Sequence record: ON323491.1
Length of the DNA stretch: 64,000 bases
From: Acinetobacter phage vB_AbaS_TCUP2199
Direction: 5' to 3' (one strand)
Shown: in pieces, positions 1 to 8,312 of the stretch
Position numbering within the stretch: position 1 is the first letter of the stretch
How the letters are laid out: every line of letters begins with the position of its first letter
Position numbers and translations under genes: made by a program
The notes under the pieces: generated by a model
Seen by the model: only the letters and a program-made list of their open reading frames with translations
What the model was told of the DNA's origin: nothing
The model's database searches: none

Positions 1-267
1 ATGAGCACATACCAAAGCACAATAGCTTGAGTATATCGAGTAGAACGCCACTAATCGAGAGACTGGATAGTATACCTTCAACCGTAACTATCCGCTAGTC
101 CGAACCACTAATTAACAATTTGAAAAGGTCGTTATCTATATATCTATAGTAATGTCTTATATTCGAGAATCGGACTTATCCACAGTACCGACGGTATAAA
201 CATTATGTATATAGTTAATTACCAAAATAACGGTTTTATACTAGGCTAGCACTCAACACTCAATAGT

Positions 268-284
268 GGCCGTGGCCGTGGCAA
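268..284. repeat. 17-bp direct repeat GGCCGTGGCCGTGGCAA, copy 1; contains overlapping GTGGCCGTG units
   Basis: Exact 17-mer also at 1239-1255. Reverse complement of the unit, CACGGCCAC, recurs at 323-331, 1039-1047, 1051-1059. Confidence 0.8.
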
Positions 285-343
285 TGTCTGACTCATTAAC
301 ACATTATCAGACAATGCCACTGACACGGCCACAGATACACACA

Positions 344-375
344 TAAGGCATTGCCCACAAGTGGGCAATGCCTTA
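344..375. repeat. Perfect 15-bp-arm palindrome TAAGGCATTGCCCAC-aa-GTGGGCAATGCCTTA
   Basis: Read directly from the sequence. Overlaps the GTG of listed ORF 361-660. Confidence 0.8.
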
Positions 376-426
376 CTAACATTCAATGTTATAACCAAGT
401 TTAAACACTTTTTGGAGTACACACTC

Positions 427-660
427 ATGAATACAATCAATGACAAAGTATTAAATACTTTAAATACTCTTTCCGCTACTGGAAAGAATGCCACTATCCT
501 TTTGACCATTGCCAAAGCAATTAATGCAGATAAAGCATTACCAGCATGGGCAGAGGAAACACTAGGGCAAAAGTTCTTTATCAATGTATTACATCATCGG
601 AGCGTACCATTGCAAAGGTATGTAAAGATGATTCATATCATGATTTACGTTCTATTGTGA
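427..660 (+). CDS. Hypothetical small protein; trimmed from listed ORF 361-660 to the ATG preceded by GGAG
   Basis: GGAG lies 9 nt upstream of ATG 427. Its stop TGA overlaps GTG 657 of the next frame. Confidence 0.3.
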   Translation: MNTINDKVLNTLNTLSATGKNATILLTIAKAINADKALPAWAEETLGQKFFINVLHHRSVPLQRYVKMIHIMIYVLL

Positions 661-1025
661 ATACATGGAACAAAACGCAACGTTTAACAGTGGGCCAATA
701 TGAGACACTTAAAACGTTAATGACTATCAAAGTATTTCAAAATAATGAAGTATTAAAAGCCATTAAAACACAAGCGGAATTAGTGGCAGCGATTACAGTC
801 ACTAAAGCTTTGTTTGGTTGCCATGATGTGACTATAACGGGCAATGAAGTACAAAAGGCCAAAGCTAAAGATACGGATTATTTCAATAATCTTGAGTCTT
901 TCAAGGCTGGTATTGACACAGTAAACAATGCCGATGATTTAGTCTTGATGATGGAAATTATCCAAGCTCGTTTGGAATCTCAAGTAAAAGCCCAATCAAA
1001 AGCACATCATAAAAAAGTGGCATAA
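546..1025 (+). CDS. Hypothetical protein; alternative start GTG 657 is coupled (GTGA) to the stop of 427-660
   Basis: Listed 159-aa ORF. It overlaps 427-660 in another frame, so the true start is uncertain. Confidence 0.35.
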   Translation: MGRGNTRAKVLYQCITSSERTIAKVCKDDSYHDLRSIVNTWNKTQRLTVGQYETLKTLMTIKVFQNNEVLKAIKTQAELVAAITVTKALFGCHDVTITGNEVQKAKAKDTDYFNNLESFKAGIDTVNNADDLVLMMEIIQARLESQVKAQSKAHHKKVA

Positions 1026-1033
1026 TCCTTGCC

Positions 1034-1057
1034 ACTTTCACGGCCACTTTCACGGCC
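1034..1057. repeat. Tandem 12-bp repeat CTTTCACGGCCA x2, immediately upstream of the RBS of the small ORF 1071-1196
   Basis: Read directly from the sequence. Same CACGGCCAC core as the other copies. Confidence 0.75.
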
Positions 1058-1070
1058 ACAAAGGTTGAAT

Positions 1071-1196
1071 ATGAAATATGTCCTTTATGTAACTTTGGCA
1101 GTGGCGTTAGGCTACTGCCTTTTCCATAACGCAGCTCAAGAGATACAATACCGCGACGAACAAACGCAACGCCAAATAATGGAAATTGACCAATAA
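1071..1196 (+). CDS. Candidate 41-aa hydrophobic miniprotein (MKYVLYVTLAVALGYCLF...)
   Basis: AAGG RBS 6 nt upstream; one TM-like segment; intrinsic terminator directly downstream. Below the 60-aa ORF-track cutoff. Confidence 0.3.
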   Translation: MKYVLYVTLAVALGYCLFHNAAQEIQYRDEQTQRQIMEIDQ

Positions 1197-1199
1197 CAA

Positions 1200-1226
1200 A
1201 AGCAAACATTAACCCGTTTGCTTTTT
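1200..1226 (+). terminator. Intrinsic terminator hairpin AAAGCAAAC-loop-GTTTGCTTT followed by TTTTTAT
   Basis: Stem plus T-tract read from the sequence. Confidence 0.55.
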
Positions 1227-1238
1227 TTATTGGAATCG

Positions 1239-1255
1239 CGTTTTAGCGGGCCGTG
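1239..1255. repeat. 17-bp direct repeat GGCCGTGGCCGTGGCAA, copy 2
   Basis: Exact match to 268-284. Confidence 0.8.
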
Positions 1256-1436
1256 GCCGTGGCAAAACCCATATAACTGATTTTTTGAGGAATTTTGAAA
1301 TGTCGCACAAATTTTTTGAGAATTTGCCAAGTAAAGACTTGCCTTGGTTTAGAACTTACACTTGCGAAAATTTTGACTGGGCCACATACACGGCCAAGAT
1401 TACAAGCAAGATGAAGCATTTAGAAAAGCTTTTAAT

Positions 1437-1697
1437 TTGCCGTTTGATGTGCATTTCACGCTTGAAAATATAGCGCTTGCAAATGCAAGTGCCATTGCTT
1501 TGTTACGTCAAAATGAAAATGAATGGTTAGATAAAGGGCTTATCATTGACCAAGCGCGGGTATTAAAACAGAGATTGGAAGGGGCATGGATGCAAATTGA
1601 GTTAATGCCTGATTATCATTTTTATTTTAAAAATAGAGAATCAGCATTATCTAAAGATGTTTATTCTATTTTAAATATTATCTTGAATGATATTTAA
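1437..1697 (+). CDS. Hypothetical protein
   Basis: Listed 86-aa ORF. Overlaps the alternative small ORF 1300-1473 (GAGGA RBS), so which one is real is unclear. Confidence 0.25.
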   Translation: MPFDVHFTLENIALANASAIALLRQNENEWLDKGLIIDQARVLKQRLEGAWMQIELMPDYHFYFKNRESALSKDVYSILNIILNDI

Positions 1698-1826
1698 ACT
1701 AAATAATTTTAGAATAAATTTTGATCAATTATTATCTTTTATTATAAATTGGCACGGCTAGAACAAGTGATGTTCGCCGTGTCAATAGAATTTTTCTGTT
1801 TGATCATTATTTGTACCGAAATTTTT

Positions 1827-1930
1827 GTCATTTCGGCCAATTTGGTCAAAAAAGAAGCTCATTATATGAAAAGATATTTTGATCGAAATTTGCACGATTT
1901 CGGCCAGAATGCTGTTTTCGGCCAAAAAGC
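1827..1930. repeat. Three copies of TTTCGGCCA(A) within about 100 bp
   Basis: Copies at about 1829, 1895 and 1914. GGCC core as in the other repeat families. Confidence 0.6.
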
Positions 1931-1959
1931 AGAAATTTAAAAAGTCCCATTTTGCTTGG

Positions 1960-2128
1960 GTGTAACTTTCTAGGATAATAATTTAATTTTTTTTTTTTCA
2001 TGCGAGAGAGAAGTGAAAATATTAGAATATATATACAGTAAATATATAAATGTAACAGAATATGTAAAATACATCTCTCTTACACAAAAAAGAAAAATTG
2101 TGATTTATTATCCGAGAAAGTTACACTC
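1960..2128. repeat. ~22-bp inverted repeat (GTGTAACTTTCTAGGATAATAAT / ATTATTATCCGAGAAAGTTACAC, one mismatch) flanking an AT-rich core with a T13 tract and (TA)n runs
   Basis: Arms at 1960-1982 and 2107-2128. Nested GAGAGA/TCTCTC inverted motifs in between. Confidence 0.7.
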
Positions 2129-2139
2129 TTGAAAAATAA

Positions 2140-2540
2140 GGGAAAAGTGAAAAATGGGCCGTGTCTGAGCGTGTGAAAGTGGCAGTATTTTAGGCTGAAT
2201 CAGTACCCGAACCCCAAATTTGCACCACAATAGTGCAAAAATGCAGATTCGGGGCCGACAGATAACCCTAACCCGTACCAATTTCTCAACCCCAACCCGA
2301 ACCATGCTCAAAACCACGCTGCCACGCTGCACCATTTCACGTATTTTCGCGCTAAACAGTGCAAAATGAATTACCCTACGTTAAGCCCTTAAAAACGCTT
2401 ATACGCAAAACCACGCGCAAATAGCGAAATACGACTTGTGAAGACGCAAAAACCCCACTCAAGACGAAAATTTCGCGCTGAACCCCGACCAAAACCAAAA
2501 TTTCGCGCCCAACACGAAATTTTGCACCTATTGCCGACCA
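2140..2540. repeat. GC-richer block with degenerate short repeats (AACCC/CCCGAACC units; AAATTTCGCGC x3; TTGCAC...GTGCAA dyads)
   Basis: Read from the sequence. The only ORF is the 75-aa - strand ORF 2108-2335, judged spurious. Confidence 0.5.
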
Positions 2541-2548
2541 CGATTTAG

Positions 2549-2611
2549 TTTAAATAAGAGAGTTAATATTATTATCCCGCGTCAATAATAATATTAACTC
2601 CCTTATTTAAA
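2549..2611. repeat. 26/27-bp inverted repeat TTTAAATAAGAGAGTTAATATTATTAT...ATAATAATATTAACTCCCTTATTTAAA with a ~10-nt GC spacer
   Basis: One mismatch between arms. Lies 40 bp upstream of the first well-formed gene (2655). Confidence 0.8.
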
Positions 2612-2654
2612 TTGAGAGATTTAAATAATCCCATTTTAATTTTCTATTATTTAC

Positions 2655-2969
2655 TTGACGCGAGTATTTAAAATGCAAAACCAACCTATTAATAAATCTT
2701 TATTGACGACAATGGCTCAAGTTGCAAAAACTGGCTTAATCAATGGCAGTGTATGGTCGGAGTCGCATAAGACCTTTATTTTTCGTGGTGTCATATACCT
2801 AGTGATTGGCATTGGCTTAGTGATAGCAATTTACTTTATGGGTTTATGCATCATGGGCCATGATCAAAGTATGCAAGTCCGTTTTTACATGGGCGTTATT
2901 GCCTTCATCAATCTGGTTTACATTTTGGTGATATACATCCTTCAAGCTATTTTCTTTTACGAAAAATAA
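2655..2969 (+). CDS. Small membrane protein (2 predicted TM helices)
   Basis: Listed ORF. Hydrophobic segments GVIYLVIGIGLVIAIYFMGL and IAFINLVYILVIYIL. Confidence 0.55.
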   Translation: MTRVFKMQNQPINKSLLTTMAQVAKTGLINGSVWSESHKTFIFRGVIYLVIGIGLVIAIYFMGLCIMGHDQSMQVRFYMGVIAFINLVYILVIYILQAIFFYEK

Positions 2970-2980
2970 GGAGTTCGGCC

Positions 2981-3946
2981 ATGTATGAATTTAATCCTGA
3001 AAACGTAAACGTTGAACTGCAAGCAGCTTTAAGAAAGAAAAGCTTTTTGGCTGCAAAAGGTATTGCCAACAACATGGTGTTTAATGATTTGGCAGTTATT
3101 CAAGTTCACGACGAAATTTTGCCAAAAATGCAATTTCGTTATGGTGCTGAAAATAACAAGATCATTGACAAAGAACTGGTTTTTATCGGCAACCCAAGTT
3201 TATTGGGTTTATACCAGACACCAAGGGAGCTTTTGGTTTTGGATTGGCTAGTAAGTGCATTGGTCTGTTTATATAACAATGCCAAAAGTATTAGTCCAAA
3301 CAATCGTAATTATGAAAGTGTAAAAAGTCCGCTTTATCATTTGGGTGATATGAGTCCAGTCACTGAATTGACTTTTGGATTTCCCCCAAGTTTTTCAATT
3401 TGCGGATTTATTCAAAGTAATGCAGTCAAGCAGCTTGACGGCTTACATAATCATTATGACTGGTATGACTCATTTTTATTCAGTGCATTAATCGGGATGA
3501 TGGCCCAGCACTGGAAATTATGGAGTGGCAATATCAGTTACCCAGTCCCAGCCAATTACTCATGCACACAACGGAAAAATCTTGATGATCAAATCCGTAA
3601 ATTTGCACGGATACGCCAATGGTCTAGCCAAGTGGCCGAGCAAATCATTGAGTGTCAGAATGTGGCATTGATACCGCGATATTCACACACCAGTAAAAAG
3701 GTGATTTACGAAAACCTGCGTCATTTTGGCAAGCGCGAGAAGCTGGATAACCACTTGTGGCTGACTCGTTCATGGTTAGCGCGTGATCGTTATAACCGAA
3801 TTTCCCGTCAACAAGAATCATTTTTTGACGGTGTGCAAGGTGAATTGCGATTTGAATTAATTCAATTTTTGCTTGACAACTTGATTGCCTTTCAGCGCAC
3901 ACATGAACTTAAAGTCCCTTATTGTGAGAGCTGCCAAAATGATTAA
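2981..3946 (+). CDS. Hypothetical protein (321 aa)
   Basis: Listed ORF in the tightly packed same-strand array. Confidence 0.6.
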   Translation: MYEFNPENVNVELQAALRKKSFLAAKGIANNMVFNDLAVIQVHDEILPKMQFRYGAENNKIIDKELVFIGNPSLLGLYQTPRELLVLDWLVSALVCLYNNAKSISPNNRNYESVKSPLYHLGDMSPVTELTFGFPPSFSICGFIQSNAVKQLDGLHNHYDWYDSFLFSALIGMMAQHWKLWSGNISYPVPANYSCTQRKNLDDQIRKFARIRQWSSQVAEQIIECQNVALIPRYSHTSKKVIYENLRHFGKREKLDNHLWLTRSWLARDRYNRISRQQESFFDGVQGELRFELIQFLLDNLIAFQRTHELKVPYCESCQND

Positions 3947-4151
3947 ATTTGCAACTGTCTGGGTTTTGACTGTGATAGTCACATACAGCGGAACCAACCG
4001 AGTGGCTTTAACCAATTTCCAGCACACATATGGTAGCCGTGAAGAATGTGTGAAGCGTTCTGAATTTTATAGAAAACAGAATGATGGCAACACTAAGTCT
4101 TTTGAAACTTACTGTGCCCCTTCACAAATACCAATGGTCGTCAATAAATAG
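3939..4151 (+). CDS. Small secreted or membrane-anchored protein (N-terminal hydrophobic MIKFATVWVLTVIVTYSG)
   Basis: ATGA overlap with the upstream stop. Trimmed from listed ORF 3885-4151. Confidence 0.45.
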   Translation: MIKFATVWVLTVIVTYSGTNRVALTNFQHTYGSREECVKRSEFYRKQNDGNTKSFETYCAPSQIPMVVNK

Positions 4152-4156
4152 GTGAT

Positions 4157-4642
4157 GTGATGAATAATTTTGCCGAGCAAGATGTAAATACGGTTATCAA
4201 TCCAGAAATGAGCATTCATTTATGGGATGTAAAACCAGAAGCTGTCTATATGGCTGGCCGTTCGCCTTTTTCTCCTGACAAACTGGAAGCGACTTTCCGT
4301 GTCATTTCCCGTGTCCGTGGTCAAGAAGGTGGCTTTATTGTTGTCATGTGCGATAAGCAAGACGCACCGAAATATGACTATCAATATAGTACAGCGGTTA
4401 CGCCTGATACTGTTTTGTTGACTAATTTTCACGTGACAGTTTTTGAAGGCTTGATTTTATATGAAGCTATGTATCGTCAGTATTATAGCTACATATACAA
4501 AACCCAGTATCGTTTATTAACGCCACGTTCTAAGGGTAAAAAACCAGAGCTGCCGATTGTTGAAATCCGCTTGGACCCGATTAGTGGCATGACTTATATG
4601 TGTGACCATGACCTATGTATTTTAGGTGATGGGAACAATTAA
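4157..4642 (+). CDS. Hypothetical protein
   Basis: Listed ORF; compact array. Confidence 0.55.
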   Translation: MMNNFAEQDVNTVINPEMSIHLWDVKPEAVYMAGRSPFSPDKLEATFRVISRVRGQEGGFIVVMCDKQDAPKYDYQYSTAVTPDTVLLTNFHVTVFEGLILYEAMYRQYYSYIYKTQYRLLTPRSKGKKPELPIVEIRLDPISGMTYMCDHDLCILGDGNN

Positions 4643-4653
4643 GGAGTTTTAGC

Positions 4654-4947
4654 ATGGCGAGTAAATTACTTGCACGTATTATTGACGTGCAAACTTCACC
4701 AGTAGATGGCCGTCAATATATTTCACCAGTTGGTGGAACATGTGACACAGTAGTTATTGATGGGCGTTGGGGTGACAGTCGCATACAAAGTGAAGTTGAA
4801 GCTGCCATAGATAAGCGATTAAAAAATGGCATTCTTAAAGAAAAAGTTGGTTATGCCATTTACCGCTATGGTGGTGGCTTAAAACTAATGAGTCTCCACA
4901 TTTTTGACGCTGCAAAGCATGGAAAAATGGAACGTCTATTTTTCTGA
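4654..4947 (+). CDS. Hypothetical protein
   Basis: Listed ORF; GGAG RBS upstream. Confidence 0.55.
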   Translation: MASKLLARIIDVQTSPVDGRQYISPVGGTCDTVVIDGRWGDSRIQSEVEAAIDKRLKNGILKEKVGYAIYRYGGGLKLMSLHIFDAAKHGKMERLFF

Positions 4948-4958
4948 GGAAGGTAAAA

Positions 4959-5378
4959 ATGCTATTACTTAATCAACAAAACACGGCCCCTAAGCGGGGC
5001 CTAATTGGTGCCACTTTGTTGTGTCACCAAACTGGCCGACAATTTTTAGCTAAGCAAGTTGGTATTACAACCAACTATGCAAAAGATCAACAAGGTTTTG
5101 TCTATTCAGATAAAGGTGTTGTATTACTAAATCTTCAAGCAATTGCAGACCGCAAACCAATCGGGCTTTATATAAGTGGCAGTCACTATGGCGCTAAAGT
5201 AAGCGGTTGGAAAGGCGAGAGTTACGGCAAAGTAATTGGCTGCACTGAATGGTTGAGACATTACCGAAGCACGACTGTTTTAATGCAGCAGTTCCGTGTA
5301 AAAATGGACGATGGCTCAATCTGGACTGGTCGAAAAAGTGCAGATTTTGAAGCCATTCTGTTACGGCCAGAAAAATAA
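4959..5378 (+). CDS. Hypothetical protein
   Basis: Listed ORF; AGGAAGG RBS. Confidence 0.55.
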   Translation: MLLLNQQNTAPKRGLIGATLLCHQTGRQFLAKQVGITTNYAKDQQGFVYSDKGVVLLNLQAIADRKPIGLYISGSHYGAKVSGWKGESYGKVIGCTEWLRHYRSTTVLMQQFRVKMDDGSIWTGRKSADFEAILLRPEK

Positions 5379-5389
5379 GGTAGGTAAAT

Positions 5390-5614
5390 ATGCGTCAGAA
5401 ATATTACGTTTTCTACAACTGGAACGCTGAGAATATGCGTATGAAGTATGACGCAGTTCAAGCGGTTATAGCTGACAACATGTTGGAAGCTGAACAAATA
5501 CTTTTGGAATTTGCTATTGAACAAGGTTGTGGCAAGGACAATTGTTATGTCAGTAAAGTTATGACCGAGTATCAATACAACATATTCCTAGCTTCAAAAG
5601 GACCATATTCATGA
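5390..5614 (+). CDS. Hypothetical protein
   Basis: Listed ORF; AGGTAGG RBS; ATGA overlap with the next gene. Confidence 0.5.
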   Translation: MRQKYYVFYNWNAENMRMKYDAVQAVIADNMLEAEQILLEFAIEQGCGKDNCYVSKVMTEYQYNIFLASKGPYS

Positions 5615-6102
5615 GTAACCAAGAAAAACCACATACGAACCCAGTATTAATTGACTTGGCAATGATGCTTATTCTTAAACATCCAAGTGTCAAAAGCTTT
5701 GAGCGTGAATCTGCTGGAAGTAGTTACTGTATCAAAAACTGGGCTGGTGAAATTCTGGTCCAAAGTACAGACATTTATGATGCCCTTGACTGGTTTTGGG
5801 CCAATTATTCAAACAACGTTGCATACATAGAAATGTGTGGCAAGTATAGTTTGGCTGTACGCAAAAGCGCCATTAATGGCTATCGCTTTTTCAGTTGCGT
5901 TGTCACCAGTTGTGACAAGCGCGAAAACACAAGCCGAACCGTTAATCATTACAACATGTTAGATGGTTTTTGGTACACACCACGGCATCAAGCAAGTGCA
6001 GCAGTTTTGAAGGCCATTTCATCTGACAAGTTCCAACGATTTGCAAATGTATTTCGTATTTTCAATGCGACGAATACAGAGAAAATGAAGCTGAAAATAT
6101 GA
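5611..6102 (+). CDS. Hypothetical protein
   Basis: Listed ORF; overlapping start and stop codons. Confidence 0.55.
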   Translation: MSNQEKPHTNPVLIDLAMMLILKHPSVKSFERESAGSSYCIKNWAGEILVQSTDIYDALDWFWANYSNNVAYIEMCGKYSLAVRKSAINGYRFFSCVVTSCDKRENTSRTVNHYNMLDGFWYTPRHQASAAVLKAISSDKFQRFANVFRIFNATNTEKMKLKI

Positions 6103-6509
6103 TTTCAAATCCGATTAAAGGCACGGTTTACACACCTATTAAAGACACTCCTTGGTTTAGTTCCAAGGATGTTTTTTATACGTACACAAACCAACGCCCT
6201 GAAGCAATCAAGGCTTGGAATTTTCAGCCTTACGACTGTGGGCTATCCAAGTATATGGAAGCCAATTTATTGTTTTTCGCAAGTGACGAGCATTGGGCAA
6301 AAAATCTTTTGAAAGACATGCTTTTATGGTATGTGAAAAACAATCCAGACGACCCGAACGAGCGCATGAATGTAGCTATGCGTACCCAACAATGGAAGCG
6401 TGAAAAAGTTCAGGAATGGCTTGACAATTGGGAAAAAGTAAAGGTTGTTGAAGTTCCAATGAATCAATTTTTTATAGTGGGATGGGCTGGAAATGACACA
6501 TTGCTCTAA
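6099..6509 (+). CDS. Hypothetical protein
   Basis: Listed ORF. Confidence 0.55.
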   Translation: MISNPIKGTVYTPIKDTPWFSSKDVFYTYTNQRPEAIKAWNFQPYDCGLSKYMEANLLFFASDEHWAKNLLKDMLLWYVKNNPDDPNERMNVAMRTQQWKREKVQEWLDNWEKVKVVEVPMNQFFIVGWAGNDTLL

Positions 6510-6750
6510 TACACCCGACAGCTACTTTCAAGGTAGTGAAAACTACATAATCCGAGAGCAACTAGAATTTGCTCTCGTTTTTTATCGTTTTAACCCAAAA
6601 ATCCGTGATCTCAATAGTGATGATTTATATAAGCTATTGACCGAGCATTGGCAAGACTATACAGCTTCTGATTTTTATCGAACTCCTGATAGTTCAACAT
6701 ACGAATGCTGTTATGACTACATTGCCAATTTTTGTAATAACATCGTATAG
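6493..6750 (+). CDS. Hypothetical protein
   Basis: Listed ORF. Confidence 0.5.
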   Translation: MTHCSNTPDSYFQGSENYIIREQLEFALVFYRFNPKIRDLNSDDLYKLLTEHWQDYTASDFYRTPDSSTYECCYDYIANFCNNIV

Positions 6751-6757
6751 GTGATTT

Positions 6758-7015
6758 ATGAATCAAACCAACACGGGTCATGCAGTAATTACCCACGAAC
6801 AAATTTATGAAATGGTCAAAGCTGGCGAATCCGACTTGCTTTTAAAATGTGTAATGATTGTCCGTGATGCTTTGATTGATGAAGTATTAGTACACACCCG
6901 CGGGGAATTAGCCCCCGCTGCAAAAATGTTAGGCATACAACGTGGTACTTTAAGAACATATATCCGTGCCAAAGGCAAGCCAATCAAAACCCAATTAAGA
7001 CCAAACATAAAATAG
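6758..7015 (+). CDS. Small DNA-binding protein with a C-terminal Fis/NtrC-type HTH
   Basis: C-terminal ELAPAAKMLGIQRGTLRTYIRAKG resembles the Fis-family HTH signature (…AxxLGIsRxTLyrKlkkyG). Confidence 0.6.
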   Translation: MNQTNTGHAVITHEQIYEMVKAGESDLLLKCVMIVRDALIDEVLVHTRGELAPAAKMLGIQRGTLRTYIRAKGKPIKTQLRPNIK

Positions 7016-7025
7016 GCAGGTAAGT

Positions 7026-7523
7026 ATGGATTTTTTAAATAAAAAGGGCTTGCTTGAGGGCAAGCTGTCAGGCTTAGAAATTTTCGTTGACTTAGGCCAA
7101 AACTTAGAGCTGTTAAATAAAGGTTTGGAATTATTCAAAGTTTACCTAAAATATGATGCAAATCAAGCAGATATGGCTGATTTCAAATACGATGAAGTCA
7201 GACATTTATTGATGCACAGCGACGGTGGAAATGTTACTAACCTATTGCTAAACCAAAGCTGGCAACATTGGTACAAACACCGCGGCCATGTTTTGAAAGA
7301 CATGCAAGAAATGCCAATGTTCCTTGGCTATGGTGTATACAGTACATACAACGGTGGCACTTTCTTTAGCCGACAGTTAAGTTTACACACAAACCCAATT
7401 CCAGACTTGAACCTCATCAATGATGAGGAATATGCCATAGCGCTTATGCGTAAGGCAAAAGAAGTTCACCCAGAACTAAAATGGGAAGTTATTAAATTGA
7501 AAATTACTTGGAGTAAATATTAA
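7026..7523 (+). CDS. Hypothetical protein
   Basis: Listed ORF. Confidence 0.55.
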   Translation: MDFLNKKGLLEGKLSGLEIFVDLGQNLELLNKGLELFKVYLKYDANQADMADFKYDEVRHLLMHSDGGNVTNLLLNQSWQHWYKHRGHVLKDMQEMPMFLGYGVYSTYNGGTFFSRQLSLHTNPIPDLNLINDEEYAIALMRKAKEVHPELKWEVIKLKITWSKY

Positions 7524-7897
7524 TGCAAGCAGTAGCAGTTCAACCAGAACAAATAGCACCTGAAACAACCCAAAATTTGTTAGCTCAGCGTATCATGGCT
7601 GAGCAAATCCGAGAGTATCATCGTAAATTTATTGGTGACCATTTCTTTGACCCAGCCAACACCAAGTTCTTTCGCAGTTCAATCGACCACGGTTATTTCA
7701 TTCCCGAAACCCGCACGGTTATTTTTATGACCTGTGAAAAATCACCAACTGGTAATGTTGGTTACACTGTACGTAAATTTGCAGCCATTGAGCGCAAATC
7801 TGGCGTTGTGGATTTGACACCGTTCAATGAATTGACCCGTGAAAAAGCAATGATTGAGTTGCAAAACGCTGTAAACCGCGAATGTCAACACCTTTAA
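7523..7897 (+). CDS. Hypothetical protein
   Basis: Listed ORF. Confidence 0.55.
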   Translation: MQAVAVQPEQIAPETTQNLLAQRIMAEQIREYHRKFIGDHFFDPANTKFFRSSIDHGYFIPETRTVIFMTCEKSPTGNVGYTVRKFAAIERKSGVVDLTPFNELTREKAMIELQNAVNRECQHL

Positions 7898-7952
7898 CCT
7901 AAGTTTTCGGGTATTATGTCGGCATTGATGATGGCGATATATTGAGAACGTG

Positions 7953-8312
7953 ATGGATAAAATGCAATCCGTTAAGAAAGTATTCAAGACTGGTGGAGAT
8001 TTCAATTTCCCCGTCTTACTTTGGGACCTTGATGTTGAGACGAATGTTAAAACACCAGTGGATATTACTGCCAACAAGTTGACAATTTCTTGTTCAATCT
8101 TTGACAGACAGAACAAAAAATTAGCTGATGCTGTAGTTGAGCAAATTCCAACAATCCCGAATGCAGTAATTATCAAGGTTGATAGTGAAGTAACCAAGCT
8201 ATGGAAGGCTGGTGAAGGCGCTAAGTTTGATTTGAAGATTGTTAATTCAGATACAGACGATGTTCGCTATTCACAAACGGTTTACTTCGACATTGAACGA
8301 GGGCTTAGCTAA
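7953..8312 (+). CDS. Hypothetical protein (precedes the fibre-repeat gene)
   Basis: Listed ORF trimmed to its first ATG. Confidence 0.5.
   Translation: MDKMQSVKKVFKTGGDFNFPVLLWDLDVETNVKTPVDITANKLTISCSIFDRQNKKLADAVVEQIPTIPNAVIIKVDSEVTKLWKAGEGAKFDLKIVNSDTDDVRYSQTVYFDIERGLS

Noticed and set aside
2108-2335. Minus-strand 75-aa ORF in the GC-rich repeat block
   Set aside because: No RBS. It lies in a repeat-dense GC-rich block where long ORFs arise by composition. Treated as non-coding.
2549-2611. Protelomerase (hairpin telomere) target site
   Set aside because: The large palindrome has a non-palindromic GC spacer and no protelomerase-like ORF is present in the window.
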